Shown piece by piece: positions 8,339 through 18,469 of a stretch of 38,890 nucleotides of DNA. The stretch lies in the sequence record SRR22947725_571. One strand, written 5' to 3'. Position 1 is the first letter of the stretch; every line of letters starts with the position of its first letter. Position numbers and translations under genes: made by a program. The notes beneath the pieces were generated by a model. That model saw only the letters and a program-made list of their open reading frames with translations. It searched no databases and had not been told where the DNA came from.

Positions 8339-9208
8339 ATGTTACAATCAATGACTGGTTTTGGGAGCGCATCTATAGATTCAGAATTAGGAAAAATTTC
8401 AATAGACATAAAGTCTTTGAACAGCAAAACTCTAGATCTTAATTATAGTCTAAATCCAATGTTTAGAAATATTGAGAGCGATATAAGATCAATTTTGACA
8501 ACTGGCCTAAAGAGAGGAAAAATTGATTTTAAAATTAATTTTAAAATTTTTGAAAACAGTTTTAGTTCAAGTTTAAATCACGATGTTATAAAATCTTACA
8601 TTAAAGATCTAAAAGAAATTACACCCGGGACATTAATTGATGACGCTGAATTACTTAAAATTGCAGTTACACTTCCAAATTCTATTGAAAATAATCGAAG
8701 TGAATTTGATCAAAAATTATTAGAAAGCGTTAAAGAATTAGTTAAAAAGACAATAAAAAAAGTAACTGATTTTAGAGTTCAGGAAGGAAAATCTATGGAA
8801 CTAGATCTTGTAGGTAATATAGATACCATACAAAAAAAACTTTTAGATATTGAAGAATTGGTTCCTGAAAGAATGAGTCTAATAAAAAAAAGATTAAATA
8901 AAAAATTAGAATCTCTAAAAATAGAAGTTGACCAAAACAGGTTCGAACAAGAGCTAATTTATTATTTAGAAAAAATTGATATTAACGAAGAAATAGTTAG
9001 ATTAAAAAATCATTTAAATTATTTTAAAACTACATTGAACGAAAGTCAAATTGAAAAAGGCAAAAAACTTACTTTTATTAGTCAAGAAATGGGAAGAGAA
9101 ATTAACACTATTGGATCTAAGTCCAACAATTTGCCGATGCAACAACTTGTAGTTGAAATGAAAAATGAATTAGAAAAGATAAAAGAACAACTTCTTAATG
9201 TTTTGTAA
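8339..9208 (+). CDS. YicC/YloC family endoribonuclease
   Basis: MLQSMTGFG start (second ATG preferred over 8333), IKSLNSK, KIDINEEIVRL, QEMGREINTIGSK, ELEKIKEQ; upstream of gmk as usual. Confidence 0.93.
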   Translation: MLQSMTGFGSASIDSELGKISIDIKSLNSKTLDLNYSLNPMFRNIESDIRSILTTGLKRGKIDFKINFKIFENSFSSSLNHDVIKSYIKDLKEITPGTLIDDAELLKIAVTLPNSIENNRSEFDQKLLESVKELVKKTIKKVTDFRVQEGKSMELDLVGNIDTIQKKLLDIEELVPERMSLIKKRLNKKLESLKIEVDQNRFEQELIYYLEKIDINEEIVRLKNHLNYFKTTLNESQIEKGKKLTFISQEMGREINTIGSKSNNLPMQQLVVEMKNELEKIKEQLLNVL

Positions 9209-9777
9209 TGTTTAAAGGAAAATGTATAATTTTTTCTGCCCCCTCAGGAAGTGGTAAAACCACTTTAGTTAAATACTTATTAAATCAAAAAGAATTGAAT
9301 CTGTCTTTTTCAATCTCTGCAACAACAAGACAAAGAAGAGATGGTGAAGTTCAAGGAAAAGATTACTTTTTTAAAACCAAATCAGATTTTAAAAAATTAA
9401 TTAATAATAGTGAGTTTCTCGAACATGAAGAAGTATATGATGACGTTTTTTATGGTACTTTAGAAAGCGAAGTGATTAAGCAATTAGAAACACAAAATGT
9501 GATTTTTGATATTGATGTAATTGGAGGGATCAGATTAAAAGAATATTTTAAAAATAATGCACTCTCAATTTTTGTTAAGGCTCCAAGTGTAAAAGAACTC
9601 AAAAAAAGATTAAGTTCCAGAAACAAAGATTCTAACGAATCAATTGAAACAAGAATTCAAAAAGCTCAAAAAGAAATAGAAAAAGAATCTAAATTTGATC
9701 TTAGTATCATTAATGATGATCTTGATTTAGCCAAAAAAGAATCTCTTGATGCAGTTCAAAACTTTCTTTCTAAATGA
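9208..9777 (+). CDS. gmk: Guanylate kinase
   Basis: SAPSGSGKTT P-loop, SISATTR, GKDYFF, YGT, DIDV. Confidence 0.96.
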   Translation: MFKGKCIIFSAPSGSGKTTLVKYLLNQKELNLSFSISATTRQRRDGEVQGKDYFFKTKSDFKKLINNSEFLEHEEVYDDVFYGTLESEVIKQLETQNVIFDIDVIGGIRLKEYFKNNALSIFVKAPSVKELKKRLSSRNKDSNESIETRIQKAQKEIEKESKFDLSIINDDLDLAKKESLDAVQNFLSK

Positions 9778-10343
9778 ATAAAAATGTAGGATTGTTTTTT
9801 GGAACCTTCGACCCATTGCATAATGGTCATATTGCTATTGCTAAATATTTTTTAAATGAATTAAATTTGGATCAAATCTGGATCGTAATTACACCAATAA
9901 GCCCTTTTAAACAAGCCAATAAATTAACAAATTATTATACTAGATTTAAAATTATTAATAATTATTGCAAAAAAAACAGCAAGATTATTTGCTCTGATGT
10001 TGAATTTAATCTAAAGCCTCCATATAATACATCTGACACTTTGATGCATTTAAATAAAGAATTTCCTGAAACAGATTTTAAAATAATTTTAGGAGAAGAC
10101 AACCTAAACACTCTTCATTCGTGGAGCAATCATGAATTAATTTTAGAGCACAAAATATGTGTATACCCTAGAAAAAGTCTTTCTAAAGAAAAAAGTAAGC
10201 TAATAAATCACCCGAATGTAAATTTATACAATGCTCCAATTATGGAGATTTCTTCTACGCTTATTAGAAAAAATATTTTAGAAAAAACTTCAATATCTCA
10301 TCTTGTTCCTAAAGAAATTGAAGAAATGTTAATTGAAAAATAA
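9774..10343 (+). CDS. nadD: Nicotinate-nucleotide adenylyltransferase
   Basis: GLFFGTFDPLHNGH, ILGEDN and ISST.IR motifs; follows gmk. Confidence 0.93.
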   Translation: MNKNVGLFFGTFDPLHNGHIAIAKYFLNELNLDQIWIVITPISPFKQANKLTNYYTRFKIINNYCKKNSKIICSDVEFNLKPPYNTSDTLMHLNKEFPETDFKIILGEDNLNTLHSWSNHELILEHKICVYPRKSLSKEKSKLINHPNVNLYNAPIMEISSTLIRKNILEKTSISHLVPKEIEEMLIEK

Positions 10344-10386
10344 ATTCTAATCTCAGAGTATAATCAAATATTTAACCAATTATTAA

Positions 10387-10416
10387 CAATTTGAATGAAT
10401 TTTTTTATTCAAATTG
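10387..10416. promoter_or_regulatory. Inverted repeat upstream of the moxR-bat operon
   Basis: CAATTTGAAT-N10-ATTCAAATTG, perfect 10-bp arms. Confidence 0.45.
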
Positions 10417-10460
10417 CACCCCCTTAGTTTTATAAGTAAATTTATATTAAATAAATAAAA

Positions 10461-11456
10461 ATGAATAAAGAAATTGATATTAAAGAAATTAACGAATTAA
10501 TTGAAAAGGAAAGTGCTTTTATCGACATGCTATTGCTTGAAGTTAATAAAGTAATTATTGGTCAAAAACACATGATGGAAAGGTTATTAATTGGTCTTTT
10601 AGGCCAGGGTCATATTCTTTTAGAGGGAGTTCCAGGTCTTGCAAAAACATTAGCTATAAACTCTTTAAGCAAAGCTGTAAAAGGAAGTTTTAGTAGAATA
10701 CAATTTACACCTGATTTATTACCAGCTGATGTAGTGGGAACTATGATTTATAATATGAAAGAAAATGATTTTTCAATAAAGAAAGGTCCTATTTTTGCAA
10801 ACTTTGTTCTTGCAGATGAAATCAATAGAGCCCCTGCAAAAGTACAATCAGCTTTATTGGAATCCATGCAGGAAAGACAAGTTACTATTGGAGATTCAAC
10901 ATTTAAGTTAACTCCACCTTTTTTAGTAATGGCAACTCAAAATCCAGTTGAGCAAGAAGGTACATATCCACTCCCTGAAGCACAAGTGGATAGATTTATG
11001 TTAAAAACTATAATCGATTATCCAAAAATTGAAGATGAGCAATTAATAGTTAGAGCTAATATTAATAACAGTTTTGGAGATATCAAACCTGTTGTTACTG
11101 TTAAACAAATTATTAAAGCTCAAGAATCTGTTCGAAAAGTTTACATGGATGAAAAAATAGAAAAGTATATTCTAGATTTAGTTTTTGCAACCAGATACCC
11201 CGAAAAATACGGATTAGAAGATTTGAAACCTTTAATAAATTTCGGCGCATCTCCAAGGGGAAGCATTAACCTTGCGAATGCAGCTAGATGTTATGCTTTT
11301 ATAAAAAGACGAGGATATGTTGTGCCTGAAGACGTAAGAGCTGTAATCCATGATGTTTTAAGGCACAGGATAGGCCTTACCTACGAAGCAGAAGCAGAAA
11401 ATATTTCAACTGAAGAAATAATTAATAAAATAGTTAATCAAGTAGAGGTTCCTTAG
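10461..11456 (+). CDS. moxR: MoxR family AAA+ ATPase
   Basis: LLEGVPGLAKT, RIQFTPDLLPAD, DEINRAPAKVQSALLE, ATQNPVEQEGTYPLPEAQVDRF, GASPR. Confidence 0.96.
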   Translation: MNKEIDIKEINELIEKESAFIDMLLLEVNKVIIGQKHMMERLLIGLLGQGHILLEGVPGLAKTLAINSLSKAVKGSFSRIQFTPDLLPADVVGTMIYNMKENDFSIKKGPIFANFVLADEINRAPAKVQSALLESMQERQVTIGDSTFKLTPPFLVMATQNPVEQEGTYPLPEAQVDRFMLKTIIDYPKIEDEQLIVRANINNSFGDIKPVVTVKQIIKAQESVRKVYMDEKIEKYILDLVFATRYPEKYGLEDLKPLINFGASPRGSINLANAARCYAFIKRRGYVVPEDVRAVIHDVLRHRIGLTYEAEAENISTEEIINKIVNQVEVP

Positions 11457-11495
11457 GGAATAAAATACTATTTCTAATTCATCACTTTCATTATT

Positions 11496-12362
11496 TTGGA
11501 AACTAAAGATTTATTAAAAAAGGTCAGAAAAATTGAAATCAAAACCAGAAGATTAAGCAATAATATTTTCGGTGGAGAGTACCATAGTACGTTCAAGGGT
11601 AGAGGAATGACTTTTAGTGAAGTTAGAAATTATCAGTTTGGAGATGACGTTCGAACTATAGATTGGAATGTTACCGCTAGATATAATGAACCTTTTGTAA
11701 AAGTTTTTGAGGAAGAAAGAGAGCTCACACTTATGCTTGTAGTAGATGTAAGTAGCTCGGGTTTGTTTGGCACTGATAATGCCTTGAAAAAAAATATAAT
11801 TACGGAAATTTCTGCAACTTTAGCATTTTCTGCTCTTCAAAACAACGATAAAGTAGGTTTGATATTGTTTAGTGATCAAATTGAGCTATTTATTTCCCCA
11901 AGTAAGGGTAAAACCCACGTTCTTAGAATTATTAGAGAGTTAATAGAATTTAAGCCGAAAAGTAAAAAAACAAATATTAGTAATGCTTTGGAATTTTTAA
12001 TAAGTGTTTTGAAAAAAAAATCAATTGCCTTTATTTTATCAGACTTTATTTCATCAAACTATGAAAAAACATTAAAAATAGCGTCTAAAAAACACGATTT
12101 AACAGCTATAAAAGTATTTGATAAACTTGAAGAGTTTATCCCAAATCTCGGATTAGTTCAAATGTTTGATCAGGAAACTGAAGAAGTTCAATTAGTTGAT
12201 ACTTCATCAAAGTTTGTAAGGGATAATTACAAGAAACAAAGAGCGTTAAAATTTAAGGAATTCAATGATTTGTTCAAAAGAAACGGGGCAGGCACAATTC
12301 TTTGCAGAACGGACGAAAGCTATATAAAAAAACTACTAAACTATTTTAAAACCCGTGGTTAA
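11496..12362 (+). CDS. DUF58 domain protein (vWA-like), TTG start
   Basis: GRGMTFSEVRNYQFGDDVRTIDWNVTAR, VKVFEEERE, DVSSS, SDF; directly after moxR. Confidence 0.94.
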   Translation: METKDLLKKVRKIEIKTRRLSNNIFGGEYHSTFKGRGMTFSEVRNYQFGDDVRTIDWNVTARYNEPFVKVFEEERELTLMLVVDVSSSGLFGTDNALKKNIITEISATLAFSALQNNDKVGLILFSDQIELFISPSKGKTHVLRIIRELIEFKPKSKKTNISNALEFLISVLKKKSIAFILSDFISSNYEKTLKIASKKHDLTAIKVFDKLEEFIPNLGLVQMFDQETEEVQLVDTSSKFVRDNYKKQRALKFKEFNDLFKRNGAGTILCRTDESYIKKLLNYFKTRG

Positions 12363-13923
12363 TAAAAAAATTTTAATATCGTTTTTGTTTTTAAGCCTAA
12401 GTTTTGGGCTGTTTTCTCAAACTCCAATAAATCTAAAGTCTAAAGTAGATACACTTTCTATAAAAATTGGAGAAGAAATTAAGTACGAATTTTCTTTTGT
12501 TGCTGATTCATTGAATGATTTTGAATTTAAATTACTAAAATTCAATCCACCTATTGATGTGATTCAAGAATTTCAAATAGACACATTATATGAGGGTAAT
12601 ATTGTAAGGTTTGTTAAAAAATATTCTTTAACAAGTTTTGAGTCAGGATCATTTTCTATAACTCCCCCTATCAAAATTTTAAATCAAATAATTAAATCTC
12701 GAGATTCAATTATTATCAGTGTTTCAAGTGTTAAAGTCGACACTGTCAGTAAGAAATTTTTTGACATAAAAAATATAATTCAAGTTGAAAGAAATAATGA
12801 AGGTTGGTGGAAAAAATATTTTTTGATTCTTAGTATAATTTCAATTCTAATATTATCTATTAAGCTTTACAAGGAATCTAAATACTTTAATTCACCAAAA
12901 CAAATCATTACTCCTCCACTTGAGAAAGCGATTGAAGCATTAAAATCACTTGAACTGAATGAATCTAATAATCAATCAGATTACAAAGAATATTATTCTA
13001 AATTAACAGAAATTGTAAAAGGCTATTTTGAAGAAGAGGTTAAGGTAGACGCCTTAGAAAGCACAACGAATGAATTAATAGCAAAACTAGAATTATTAAA
13101 GGATGCGGGTCAATTAGATATTTCAAAAGAAACTTTGAAAAACTTTAAATCAGTATTATCCACAGCTGATTTAGTAAAATTTGCTAAATCAGCACCTGGT
13201 TCTAAAACAGCAATTTTAGACAAACAACTTTTAGAGACAGTTCTAGTAGACACAAAAGAAGCAATCCCTGAACCTTCCGAAGAAGAGCTATTACAAAACG
13301 AAGAGTATCTAAAGAAAATTGAAGGTGAAAAGAAAAGAAAATTACTTATAAATATCGCTAAAATATTAACTGTAATAATTTTCACTTCTCTAATTGCAAG
13401 TATTTCAATTTTTGGATGGGAAGAGGTTAAAGATAATGTGTTTGGAAATTCAACAAAAGAACTTTTACAAAAAGAAGATTGGGTTGTAAGTAGTTATGGA
13501 GCTTTTCCAATTAAATTATCATCACCAGATGCATTAATAAGAAAGGATTCAAAAACAGGGCAATTGTTTAGCCTTCAAGGTTTAGAAGATCCGTTTAGTT
13601 TAACTATTAATACAAAACCAATTAATAAAGAGGATGACATTCAGTCAATGCTCATAGAAAAATTAAAATCTAAGGGAGCCCTAAATATATTAACACAACA
13701 GGAAGAGTTTACACTTGATAACGGTTTAACTACAACTAGGTATTATGGCTCTTTTGATTATATTAATAAAGAAAACATTTCAATCAAGAAAGAATATTCC
13801 AGCTTATCGTTTTTTGAAAATGGGGGAAATCAAACTTTAAATATTATTTACGATAGGAATAACAGATATGCAAAACAAATTAGAACTAGAATTGAAAGTT
13901 CAATAGAATTTAATAATAAATAA
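12355..13923 (+). CDS. Bat-operon-associated membrane protein, GTG start
   Basis: Signal peptide, two TM segments, ALESTTNE and ADLVKFAK motifs; sits between DUF58 and batA. Confidence 0.75.
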   Translation: MVNKKILISFLFLSLSFGLFSQTPINLKSKVDTLSIKIGEEIKYEFSFVADSLNDFEFKLLKFNPPIDVIQEFQIDTLYEGNIVRFVKKYSLTSFESGSFSITPPIKILNQIIKSRDSIIISVSSVKVDTVSKKFFDIKNIIQVERNNEGWWKKYFLILSIISILILSIKLYKESKYFNSPKQIITPPLEKAIEALKSLELNESNNQSDYKEYYSKLTEIVKGYFEEEVKVDALESTTNELIAKLELLKDAGQLDISKETLKNFKSVLSTADLVKFAKSAPGSKTAILDKQLLETVLVDTKEAIPEPSEEELLQNEEYLKKIEGEKKRKLLINIAKILTVIIFTSLIASISIFGWEEVKDNVFGNSTKELLQKEDWVVSSYGAFPIKLSSPDALIRKDSKTGQLFSLQGLEDPFSLTINTKPINKEDDIQSMLIEKLKSKGALNILTQQEEFTLDNGLTTTRYYGSFDYINKENISIKKEYSSLSFFENGGNQTLNIIYDRNNRYAKQIRTRIESSIEFNNK

Positions 13924-13924
13924 A

Positions 13925-14926
13925 ATGTTTAATAATATTACATTTTCCAACCCTGAATTTTTATGGCTTATTATAGGCGTGATCTTCTTTGTTGTTGTTA
14001 ATTATAAAATTAAACACCTCAAAACCCCCAAACTTAGCATATCTTCAATTGATTCGTTTAGTAAATCGTCGTTTAAAACCACTTTTTTTCCATTTTTAGA
14101 TTTATTAAGATATACAGCTTTAGTTTCTTTAATTATAGCTTTAGCCAGACCACAAATAATTGATATTTCGACACAAACCAAAAAAAGTAGAGGGATTGAT
14201 ATTGTGATAGCAGTAGATGTCTCCTCAAGTATGCTTGCCCAAGATTTAAAACCTAATAGATTAGAAGCGTTAAAAGAAGTTGCCAAAGAATTTATTTATG
14301 ATAGAGTTAATGATAGAATTGGTCTTGTTGTTTACGCAGGAGAAAGTTACACCAAGACACCTGTTACAACCGATAAATCAATTATAGTTAAGTCTTTAGA
14401 TGAAATAATTTTTGATGGAATTATTGAAGACGGAACTGCAATTGGGATGGGTTTAGCGACTTCAGTCAATAGACTTAAAAACAGTAAAGCTAAAAGTAAA
14501 GTTATTATTTTACTTACTGATGGAGTTAATAATTCAGGATTTATCGACCCAAATACTTCTGCAGATTTAGCCCTTTCATTTGGGATAAAAACATATACAA
14601 TCGGACTAGGAAGCAATGGAAATGCCCTTGCCCCTATAGCTTTAAATCCAGACGGTTCTTTCAGGTATGGCTTGACAAAGGTCGAAATTGACGAAAAACT
14701 TTTAGAATCTATAGCTTCTAAAACTGGGGGATTATATTTTAGAGCTACAGATAACAAAAAACTTAAAGAGATATATCAAGAAATTAATAAACTTGAAAAA
14801 ACTGATGTGGAAGAATTTAAATATTCAAATGCGCAGGAAATGTATAGATTATTTGTTTTATTTTCTATTATTTTAATATTACTAGAGTGGGTTTTAAGAA
14901 CAACATTATTTAAAAGTTTTATATAA
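13925..14926 (+). CDS. batA: BatA vWA domain protein
   Basis: F.NPEFLW, ALARPQ, MIDAS DVSSSM, PNRLEA, GTAIGMG, LLTDG, C-terminal TM segment. Confidence 0.93.
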   Translation: MFNNITFSNPEFLWLIIGVIFFVVVNYKIKHLKTPKLSISSIDSFSKSSFKTTFFPFLDLLRYTALVSLIIALARPQIIDISTQTKKSRGIDIVIAVDVSSSMLAQDLKPNRLEALKEVAKEFIYDRVNDRIGLVVYAGESYTKTPVTTDKSIIVKSLDEIIFDGIIEDGTAIGMGLATSVNRLKNSKAKSKVIILLTDGVNNSGFIDPNTSADLALSFGIKTYTIGLGSNGNALAPIALNPDGSFRYGLTKVEIDEKLLESIASKTGGLYFRATDNKKLKEIYQEINKLEKTDVEEFKYSNAQEMYRLFVLFSIILILLEWVLRTTLFKSFI

Positions 14927-15958
14927 GTGTACCAATTAGAAGAGACATATTATTTTTATTTATTAGCAATAATTCCAGTACTTGTTATAGGGTTTTTGTT
15001 TTTAAGTAGCTGGAGGAATAAAACACAAATTAAATATATTTCGTCAGATTTACTTAAAGTTTTGAGCCCCAATATTTCTACTTTTAAACCCAAGATTAAA
15101 TTATTTTTTTTAATTCTTTTTATAATATTCTCAACTATATCACTCGTTAATCCAAAAATAGGAACCGAGCTTAAAACTGTTAAAAGGGAGGGTGTTGATT
15201 TAGTTTTTGCTGTTGATGTCTCAAAAAGTATGTTGGCTGAAGATATAGCTCCTAATCGTCTAGAAAAAGCTAAAAGAATAGTTTCGGAAATTATTAATAA
15301 ATTAAATAACGACAGAGTAGGTGTAATAGCATATGCAGCTTCAGCTCTACCAATACTTCCAATAACCGACGATTATTCAACTGCTAAAACTTTTTTACAA
15401 AGTCTAACAACAGACATGTTATCTTCTCAAGGAACAGCCGTTTTGGAATCTATTAATTTAGCAAAAGAGTTTTACGATGATGAAAATCAAACCAATAGAG
15501 TCTTGTGTATACTTTCAGACGGTGAAGATCATCAAATCGAAAACCAAAATATTACAGAAATTGTAAAAAACTCTGGGATCACAATTATTACAATTGGATT
15601 AGGGTCAACAAAAGGATCACCTATACCATTAAAAGAAAATGATATAGTTAAGTCATATAAAAAAGATCAAAAAGGAGATGTAGTTATTACAAAACTAAAT
15701 GTCGATTTGTTAAAAAATATAGCAAACTCCTCAAACGGAATTTATATTGACGGAGGGACCACAGAGTTTGTTGTACAAGCGATTATTGAAAGATTAAAAG
15801 AAATGGATAAAAAAGAATTTGAGTCTAAACAATTTGTAGCATATAAAGATCAATTTCAGTGGTTTTTAGGATTTGCAATTCTTTTTCTAAGTTTGGAATT
15901 AATTGTTTTTGAAAAGAAAACATATTGGGTAAAAAAACTAAATTTATTTAATGAATAG
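14927..15958 (+). CDS. batB: BatB vWA domain protein, GTG start
   Basis: MIDAS DVSKSM, PNRLEKAK, LPITDD, SDGEDH; second vWA gene of the operon. Confidence 0.92.
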   Translation: MYQLEETYYFYLLAIIPVLVIGFLFLSSWRNKTQIKYISSDLLKVLSPNISTFKPKIKLFFLILFIIFSTISLVNPKIGTELKTVKREGVDLVFAVDVSKSMLAEDIAPNRLEKAKRIVSEIINKLNNDRVGVIAYAASALPILPITDDYSTAKTFLQSLTTDMLSSQGTAVLESINLAKEFYDDENQTNRVLCILSDGEDHQIENQNITEIVKNSGITIITIGLGSTKGSPIPLKENDIVKSYKKDQKGDVVITKLNVDLLKNIANSSNGIYIDGGTTEFVVQAIIERLKEMDKKEFESKQFVAYKDQFQWFLGFAILFLSLELIVFEKKTYWVKKLNLFNE

Positions 15959-16685
15959 AATCATATTAATATTATTATTTTTTTTTATTAAAGTTAACTC
16001 TCAAGAAATAGCTATTAATAAGGATTCAAATAATTTGACTTTGGATGGTAATGTTGAATTTGCTGACAAGAATTTAATTGAAGCCGAAAAATTTTATAGA
16101 AAGTCAATATCCAAGGATTCTTTAAATATAAAAGCTTCTTATAATTTAGCTAATTCATTTTACAGGAGTGAATTGAAACAGGAGGCAATAAATCAATATA
16201 AATCGTCTATAGAAAAAACAAAAAGTAAGGAAACCCGTCATAAATCTTTTCATAATTTGGGTAATATATACATGCAAAATGAAGATTATCAGAACGCTGT
16301 CAATTCCTTTAAAAACGCATTACTTAATAATCCAACTGATGACGAAACCAGGTACAATTATGCATTAGCCAAAGAGTTATTGAAAAACGAACAAAAAGAT
16401 AATAAAAAAGACGATAACGACAAGAAAGACGACAAGGACAAGAAGAAGGACAAGGATAAGGATAAGAAAGACGACCAAAAAGAGAAGAAAGACAAGCAGA
16501 AAGAAAAGGATAAGAAAGACGACAAGAACAATGATAAAAAAGAAAAACCTAAACCAAATAAAATATCTCCTGAGCAACTAAAAAACTTGCTTAAAGCAAT
16601 GGATAATCAAGAAAAAAAAGTTCAACAAAAGATTAACAAAAAGAAAATTAAAGGAAGTCCTGTAAAGAACAAAAAAGACTGGTAA
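15951..16685 (+). CDS. batC: BatC TPR protein
   Basis: TPR repeats (YNLANS, HNLGN, ALLNNP.D.ETRYN), K/D-rich linker, C-terminal KDW. Confidence 0.92.
   Translation: MNRIILILLFFFIKVNSQEIAINKDSNNLTLDGNVEFADKNLIEAEKFYRKSISKDSLNIKASYNLANSFYRSELKQEAINQYKSSIEKTKSKETRHKSFHNLGNIYMQNEDYQNAVNSFKNALLNNPTDDETRYNYALAKELLKNEQKDNKKDDNDKKDDKDKKKDKDKDKKDDQKEKKDKQKEKDKKDDKNNDKKEKPKPNKISPEQLKNLLKAMDNQEKKVQQKINKKKIKGSPVKNKKDW
16395..16548 (+). repeat. Low-complexity Lys/Asp-coding degenerate tandem repeat in batC
   Basis: Runs of AAGGAC/AAAGAC/AAGGAT units encoding KDNKKDDNDKKDDKDKKKDKDKD... Confidence 0.8.
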
Positions 16686-16692
16686 TTAAAAT

Positions 16693-18468
16693 ATGAAACC
16701 GAGATTTTATATATTTTTATTTTTTGCTATCACTATAATGAGTAATCTGAACGCTCAGGACGATTCTATTAGTTTTGAGGCTGTTTTGAGCAAAAAATCT
16801 TTAGGAATTAATGAGAACCTTAGGGTTGATTTTAAAATGAATAAAGATGGAGATAACTTTACCCCACCTAGCTTTAAAGGATTTACAGTTGTTGGAGGTC
16901 CTAACCAATCAGTTAGTAACATGTGGGTAAACGGCAAGAGAACTTTTTCTAAAAGTTATTCATATTTCTTAACCCCTACTAAGAAAGGCTCACTTACAAT
17001 TGGGCAAGCTACTATAGAAATAGATGATAATATTTACAAAACTTTACCAGTTAAAATTAGTGTAAGTGAATCCGTCGCGGTAAGTAAAGATCCAAATGAC
17101 CCCACATACGTTGTTAATGAAAACCTACATTTAGTGGCGGAGATTTCAAACACGAACCCTTATTTAAATGAGGGTATTTCAATTGTGTATAAATTATTCT
17201 ACTCTCCTCAAATTAATGTTACTAATGTAGGGGAAATTGAAACGCCTGAATTTGAAAATTTTTGGTCTCAAAACATAAAAATTCCTAGGCTACAAATTGA
17301 GCGAGGATCTTTTATGGGAGATAATTATAATTTTGTTACTTGGAAAAAAACTATTTTATATCCACAAAAATCAGGAAAACTTGATATTCTTCCACTTTCA
17401 TTAGATGTTTCGGTTGATGTCCCAACAAATAGAAGAGATTTTTTTGGGAATAGAATATATAATCAAGTTTCAAAAAAAGTAACAGCAGGAAAAAGATCAA
17501 TTAATGTTAAAGTATTGCCTGGTAATGCTCCAGAAAGTTTTAACGGAGCGGTTGGAAAATTTGATATTAAATTAAATACCAATAAAACAGAGTTAAATGC
17601 CTCAGAATCTTTGCAAGCGATTGTTAAAATTTCAGGAAAAGGAAATTTAAAACTGTTTTCACCACCATCTGTTCAGGTGCCAAGCTCTTTGGAGAAATAT
17701 GATCCTGAATACAATGAAAAAGTATCAACAAGCCTTGCAGGAATGAAAGGTTTTATTTCAAATACCTATACTCTAGTCCCTCAATTTCAAGGAAAGTATC
17801 CTATAAGATCCGTTGAATTTACTTTTTTTAATCCACAATTAAATAAATACGAAACAATTAAATCTGAAGATATAATAATTAATGTTTTAGAGGGACCACT
17901 GTCTTTAGATGAAAATAATATCAACACAATAAATACCCAGAGTTCAAATAACATTTTACCTTCAATTAATCAGTTTAAATTTATTAAAACTGATTCTGAT
18001 TTAGTCAAAATCAACTCCAAACCTTTCATATATTCATTAAGCTTTTATTTAATTTTAATATTTCCAGTATTAGCAATTTTGTTGTTAGTTATATTTTTTA
18101 AATCAAACAATATTACAAGTTCCAAATTAAAAGAATCGAAATCTAGAAGGGCGAACAAGCTTGCTAAAAAATATTTATCAGAAGCCAGAAAAAATTTAGA
18201 AAATAAAGACATGTTTTATGTTGCTTTAGAAAAAGCACTTCACAATTTTTTAAAATCAAAACTGTTTATTGAAACTTCGGATTACAGTAAAGAAAAGATT
18301 TCAAAGTTACTTTACAGTAAAGATATTGAAAAAGAGTCATTGGAATTGTTTATTAAATTAATTGAAAATTGTGAGTTTGCAAGGTTTACGCCGGCTTCTG
18401 AGTTTAAAATAAATAATGACTACGAAAATGCAGTAAAGGTCATTACAAAAATTGATAAAGAAATTTAA
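16693..18468 (+). CDS. batD: BatD family protein
   Basis: Signal peptide, GPNQS, LYPQKSGKL, FNGAVG.F, GKGNLK, a TM segment, CEFARFTP; operon position. Confidence 0.92.
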   Translation: MKPRFYIFLFFAITIMSNLNAQDDSISFEAVLSKKSLGINENLRVDFKMNKDGDNFTPPSFKGFTVVGGPNQSVSNMWVNGKRTFSKSYSYFLTPTKKGSLTIGQATIEIDDNIYKTLPVKISVSESVAVSKDPNDPTYVVNENLHLVAEISNTNPYLNEGISIVYKLFYSPQINVTNVGEIETPEFENFWSQNIKIPRLQIERGSFMGDNYNFVTWKKTILYPQKSGKLDILPLSLDVSVDVPTNRRDFFGNRIYNQVSKKVTAGKRSINVKVLPGNAPESFNGAVGKFDIKLNTNKTELNASESLQAIVKISGKGNLKLFSPPSVQVPSSLEKYDPEYNEKVSTSLAGMKGFISNTYTLVPQFQGKYPIRSVEFTFFNPQLNKYETIKSEDIIINVLEGPLSLDENNINTINTQSSNNILPSINQFKFIKTDSDLVKINSKPFIYSLSFYLILIFPVLAILLLVIFFKSNNITSSKLKESKSRRANKLAKKYLSEARKNLENKDMFYVALEKALHNFLKSKLFIETSDYSKEKISKLLYSKDIEKESLELFIKLIENCEFARFTPASEFKINNDYENAVKVITKIDKEI

Positions 18469-18469
18469 A

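Noticed and set aside
14002..14757. Antisense ORFs of 94 and 136 aa inside batA
   Set aside because: Shadow ORFs of a well-conserved gene, with no recognisable motifs.
16377..16577. Very hydrophobic 66-aa minus strand ORF resembling a membrane peptide or toxin
   Set aside because: It is the antisense mirror of the K/D-rich batC linker: AAG/GAC codons read as Leu/Val/Phe on the other strand.
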